NCBI GenBank assembly: GCA_963836235.1
Contig: CAWIIP010000002.1
Coordinates: forward strand, 640,001 to 704,000
DNA: 64,000 nucleotides
Direction: 5' to 3'
From: an uncultured Pseudomonadota bacterium
GTDB taxonomy: Bacteria; Oederibacteriota; Muellerivitia; Muellerivitales; Muellerivitaceae
The notes beneath the pieces are model-generated. The model was not told where the DNA came from, did no database searches, and saw only the letters and a list, made by a program, of their open reading frames with translations. Below, in pieces: positions 61,570 through 64,000 of this stretch; the first letter of the stretch is position 1, and the number at the start of each line of letters is the position of its first letter. Both the position numbers and the translations under genes were made by a program.

Positions 61570-62466
61570 TTGCTTCAAAAAGATTACATCATTTTGACCG
61601 GCCTGAAAGTACGTTGTATTATTGGCATATTTGATTGGGAACGGAAACAAAAACAAGATGTTCTGATCGATCTCAAATTTCCTTGTAATATCCACAAAGC
61701 AGCTTTGCAGGACCATATAACTCATACTTTTAATTACAAAAAAATTGCCAAAAGTATTGTTTCGTTTGTTGAAAAAAGCCAATACCATTTGATTGAAACA
61801 TTAGCGGACAAATTGGCAGATTCATTGTTAAAAGATTTCAAGCTTTCTGAGATTCATTTGTCTGTTTCAAAGCCAGGAGCTGTCCGAGGTTCTCAAAATG
61901 TCGGTGTTAAAATCTATCGTAAATGGTCCGATACTAAATCACCGAAACTGACATATTTAAGTTTAGGTTCAAATATCTATCCGAGGGAAAATCTTCACCT
62001 TGCGTTGAGCGAAATCAGTAAAAAATATTCCGTTCTTGGGCAGTCCCACGTGTATGAAACTTCGCCTGTCGGCTATATTCGGCAAAAACCTTTTTGGAAT
62101 TTAGTTGTGGCACTTGAGACTCGAGAGTCACCTGGCAAAATTCGAGATTGGGCTGAAATTCTAGAAAGAAGGGCGGGCCGGGTTCCAATTCATAATACTC
62201 TTGGGCCGCGATCCATGGATATTGATCTTATACTTTGGGGAAACTTTGTCAAAAAATATAACGAATTCACCTTGCCCCATCCCAACATTGAAACAAAAGC
62301 TTTTGTTCTTTTCCCTCTATTGGAAATCAATCCCAATTTAGTACATCCTCTTCTTAGAAAACCACTTATTGAACTGGCGTCAGAATTTAAAGATTCTTCC
62401 CAAAAAATTCGACAATTAGCTTCGAATACTTTTTTCGATTTTCTACCAAGAAAGCTCAATGAATAA
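61570..62466 (+). CDS. folBK: Bifunctional dihydroneopterin aldolase / HPPK (FolB-FolK fusion)
   Basis: IGIFDWER..KQ, LIETLA, KPGA (FolB); LSLGSNI, YETSP, GPRSMDIDL, LPHP (FolK). Confidence 0.92.
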   Translation: MLQKDYIILTGLKVRCIIGIFDWERKQKQDVLIDLKFPCNIHKAALQDHITHTFNYKKIAKSIVSFVEKSQYHLIETLADKLADSLLKDFKLSEIHLSVSKPGAVRGSQNVGVKIYRKWSDTKSPKLTYLSLGSNIYPRENLHLALSEISKKYSVLGQSHVYETSPVGYIRQKPFWNLVVALETRESPGKIRDWAEILERRAGRVPIHNTLGPRSMDIDLILWGNFVKKYNEFTLPHPNIETKAFVLFPLLEINPNLVHPLLRKPLIELASEFKDSSQKIRQLASNTFFDFLPRKLNE

Positions 62467-63211
62467 ACCGTCCTCCATCTACTTTTATAATTTGCCCAGT
62501 AATAAAATTATTTTTAGCTAAAAACAAAACCGCACCCGCTATTTCCTCCGCTGTACCCTGTCGTCGTAGAGCAGATTTACGAATTAGCTTTTTTTTCTTT
62601 TTATTTCTATACCCTTCGGGAAAAGATATAGCTCCGGGCGAGACAGCGTTCACTCTTACTTTTGGAGCAAATTCCACTGCCAAATACTTCGTAAGAAATA
62701 TCAAGGCGGCTTTTGAAAGAGAATAGGCTGGATAATTCTTAAGAATTGGTAATTCGCCATAAATATCTGTGATATTAATAATATTTCCTTTGGATTTCTG
62801 AAGCCACGGAAATGCCGCTATTGCCAGTGCACAAGGAGAGAAAGTATTAACTTGAAAAATCTCTAACCATTTTTCCCAGTCTTTAACTGCCAATGGGCTT
62901 GATTGGAATAGTGAAGCGTTATTGATTAAGAGGTCTAATCTTCCAAATTTGAAAATAACTTGCCCGATAACCGACCTTAATTTAGAAGGTGTTCTCAAAT
63001 CAGCACTTAAGACAAGTGTTTCTATTCCAAAATAGTTCAATTTTTCTTGAAGCTTCAGAGTGTTTTTTTTTGATCTTCCAAAGTGAAGGGCAAGGCTTAT
63101 TCCATGTTTGGCCAACTTGAAACAAATGGCGGTGCCAAGAGGACTGGCGGCCCCTGTGACTAGCGCAACGGGTTTTGTGGTAGGAATCTTATCTTTTTTA
63201 TGTGGGATCAT
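62456..63211 (-). CDS. SDR oxidoreductase, pteridine reductase (FolM/PTR1)-like
   Basis: VTGAASPLG, NNASLF, NITD, YSLSK, NAVSPG, VDGGR. Confidence 0.75.
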   Translation of the reverse strand: MIPHKKDKIPTTKPVALVTGAASPLGTAICFKLAKHGISLALHFGRSKKNTLKLQEKLNYFGIETLVLSADLRTPSKLRSVIGQVIFKFGRLDLLINNASLFQSSPLAVKDWEKWLEIFQVNTFSPCALAIAAFPWLQKSKGNIINITDIYGELPILKNYPAYSLSKAALIFLTKYLAVEFAPKVRVNAVSPGAISFPEGYRNKKKKKLIRKSALRRQGTAEEIAGAVLFLAKNNFITGQIIKVDGGRFIH

Positions 63212-63247
63212 TAATTACATTCTAACAGGTTCACCAACCATCGTCGC

Positions 63248-64000
63248 TTAGGATTCGGAATCTTTTTGCTTTGTTAAAAAACGTATCGCGCTTGGAAGAA
63301 ATTTCCAATACCATTTGGTTAATGTAACTATTTTTGATCCCGAATATCTTTCCAAATATAATTTTTGGGCTGAGTCCCAGATAATCGATCCCGGGCCATT
63401 TTCTTTCAAAAGCTGAAGGAATTCTTGAACCAGTCCTGAAGGACGGATTTCTAAAAAGTCATTCAGCGCCTCTTCTTGTAACTCATCATGCGAAACCAAT
63501 AGATCCAAAATAATTAAAAGATTTCGGGCTGATTCATAAATTTTAAGCGAATTCAAAAATCGACCGGTGCCTAATTGTAAACCTTTATCTAGAATAAACC
63601 GACCCACCTGAGGTAGAAGTACTTCATAATGGACACCTAGATAAGAAACATCAACAAAATGCGGATTTTCTAGGAGAATCGAAAACCGTTTATCAGGAAA
63701 AGCTGCCAAACCATGGGTTGAAACTTTTTGGTTAACACGAACACGCGGACAGAAAAATTGAATAATTCCTAAATCCTCTCGAGAATAGCACGGGTACATA
63801 GCTTGACTTAAATTTGTTCTTTTGGTTAACCGATAAAAACCTTGTTTCAAAAGATGATCATGTAGTTTTTGTTTTGAACGTCCGCCAGTTTCTACCCCAA
63901 AAACAGCTTCTCCCGACCGATGGGCAGAGACCGGCTTTTCGATGAGAGAAAGATGATAAAGCTCCGCTGCTTTTTCTTCCAAAATAACGAGGGTTGGAAG
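63248..64000 (-). CDS. Hypothetical protein, possibly a degenerate GSU2403-like nucleotidyltransferase fold (start outside the window)
   Basis: Frame open to window edge (LPTLVILEEKAAELY...); LLENP..V......V.LP..GRFILDK resembles the family C-terminal motif. Confidence 0.45.
   Translation of the reverse strand, partial: LPTLVILEEKAAELYHLSLIEKPVSAHRSGEAVFGVETGGRSKQKLHDHLLKQGFYRLTKRTNLSQAMYPCYSREDLGIIQFFCPRVRVNQKVSTHGLAAFPDKRFSILLENPHFVDVSYLGVHYEVLLPQVGRFILDKGLQLGTGRFLNSLKIYESARNLLIILDLLVSHDELQEEALNDFLEIRPSGLVQEFLQLLKENGPGSIIWDSAQKLYLERYSGSKIVTLTKWYWKFLPSAIRFLTKQKDSES

Noticed and set aside
57397-64000. Genomic island integrated at the tRNA
   Set aside because: The AT-rich block is on the tRNA 5' side, contains housekeeping folate genes, and shows no integrase or duplicated tRNA 3' end
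1-64000. CRISPR array, IS element, rRNA or alternative genetic code
   Set aside because: No regularly spaced repeats, transposase motifs or rRNA signatures; conserved genes read through intact with the standard bacterial code

Overview
64-kb core-genome region of a diderm bacterium, probably from a poorly characterised lineage. Nearly all genes lie on the minus strand; folB-folK is the only clear plus-strand gene. In transcription order (right to left): a degenerate nucleotidyltransferase-like gene; a pteridine-reductase-like SDR convergent on a folB-folK fusion; YfhO-metF; a cNMP-binding protein; tRNA(CAU)-tilS-ftsH-folE-folP-cdaA-cdaR-pdxJ; a pseudopilin-like gene-recX-alaS-ruvX-mltG-MFS; ftsE-ftsX-envC-ctpA-deacetylase-tsaD; mgtC-dusB-PAP2-rsmI-M50-PIN/PhoH-pdxA-rsmA-glmS; a probable major outer-membrane beta-barrel protein with a ~290-nt leader; yajC; an HTH-REC regulator; pabB-pabC-folD-coaE; two tandem GAF-GGDEF cyclases; rho-M23-rpmE-prfA-prmC; rpoB-rpoC; rpsL-rpsG-fusA-tuf (partial). 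I found no CRISPR array, transposase, integrase or rRNA. The most unusual signals are: an FtsE with all catalytic ABC motifs altered, promoter-then-terminator leaders before rpsL and rpoB (the rpsL one has an alternative pairing), an inverted heptamer-repeat element over the envC start, a tRNA(CAU)-tilS co-transcript with a structured leader, a dispersed folate pathway with no folA in the window, and a GC mosaic across housekeeping genes. All calls come from reading motifs by eye; no searches were run.
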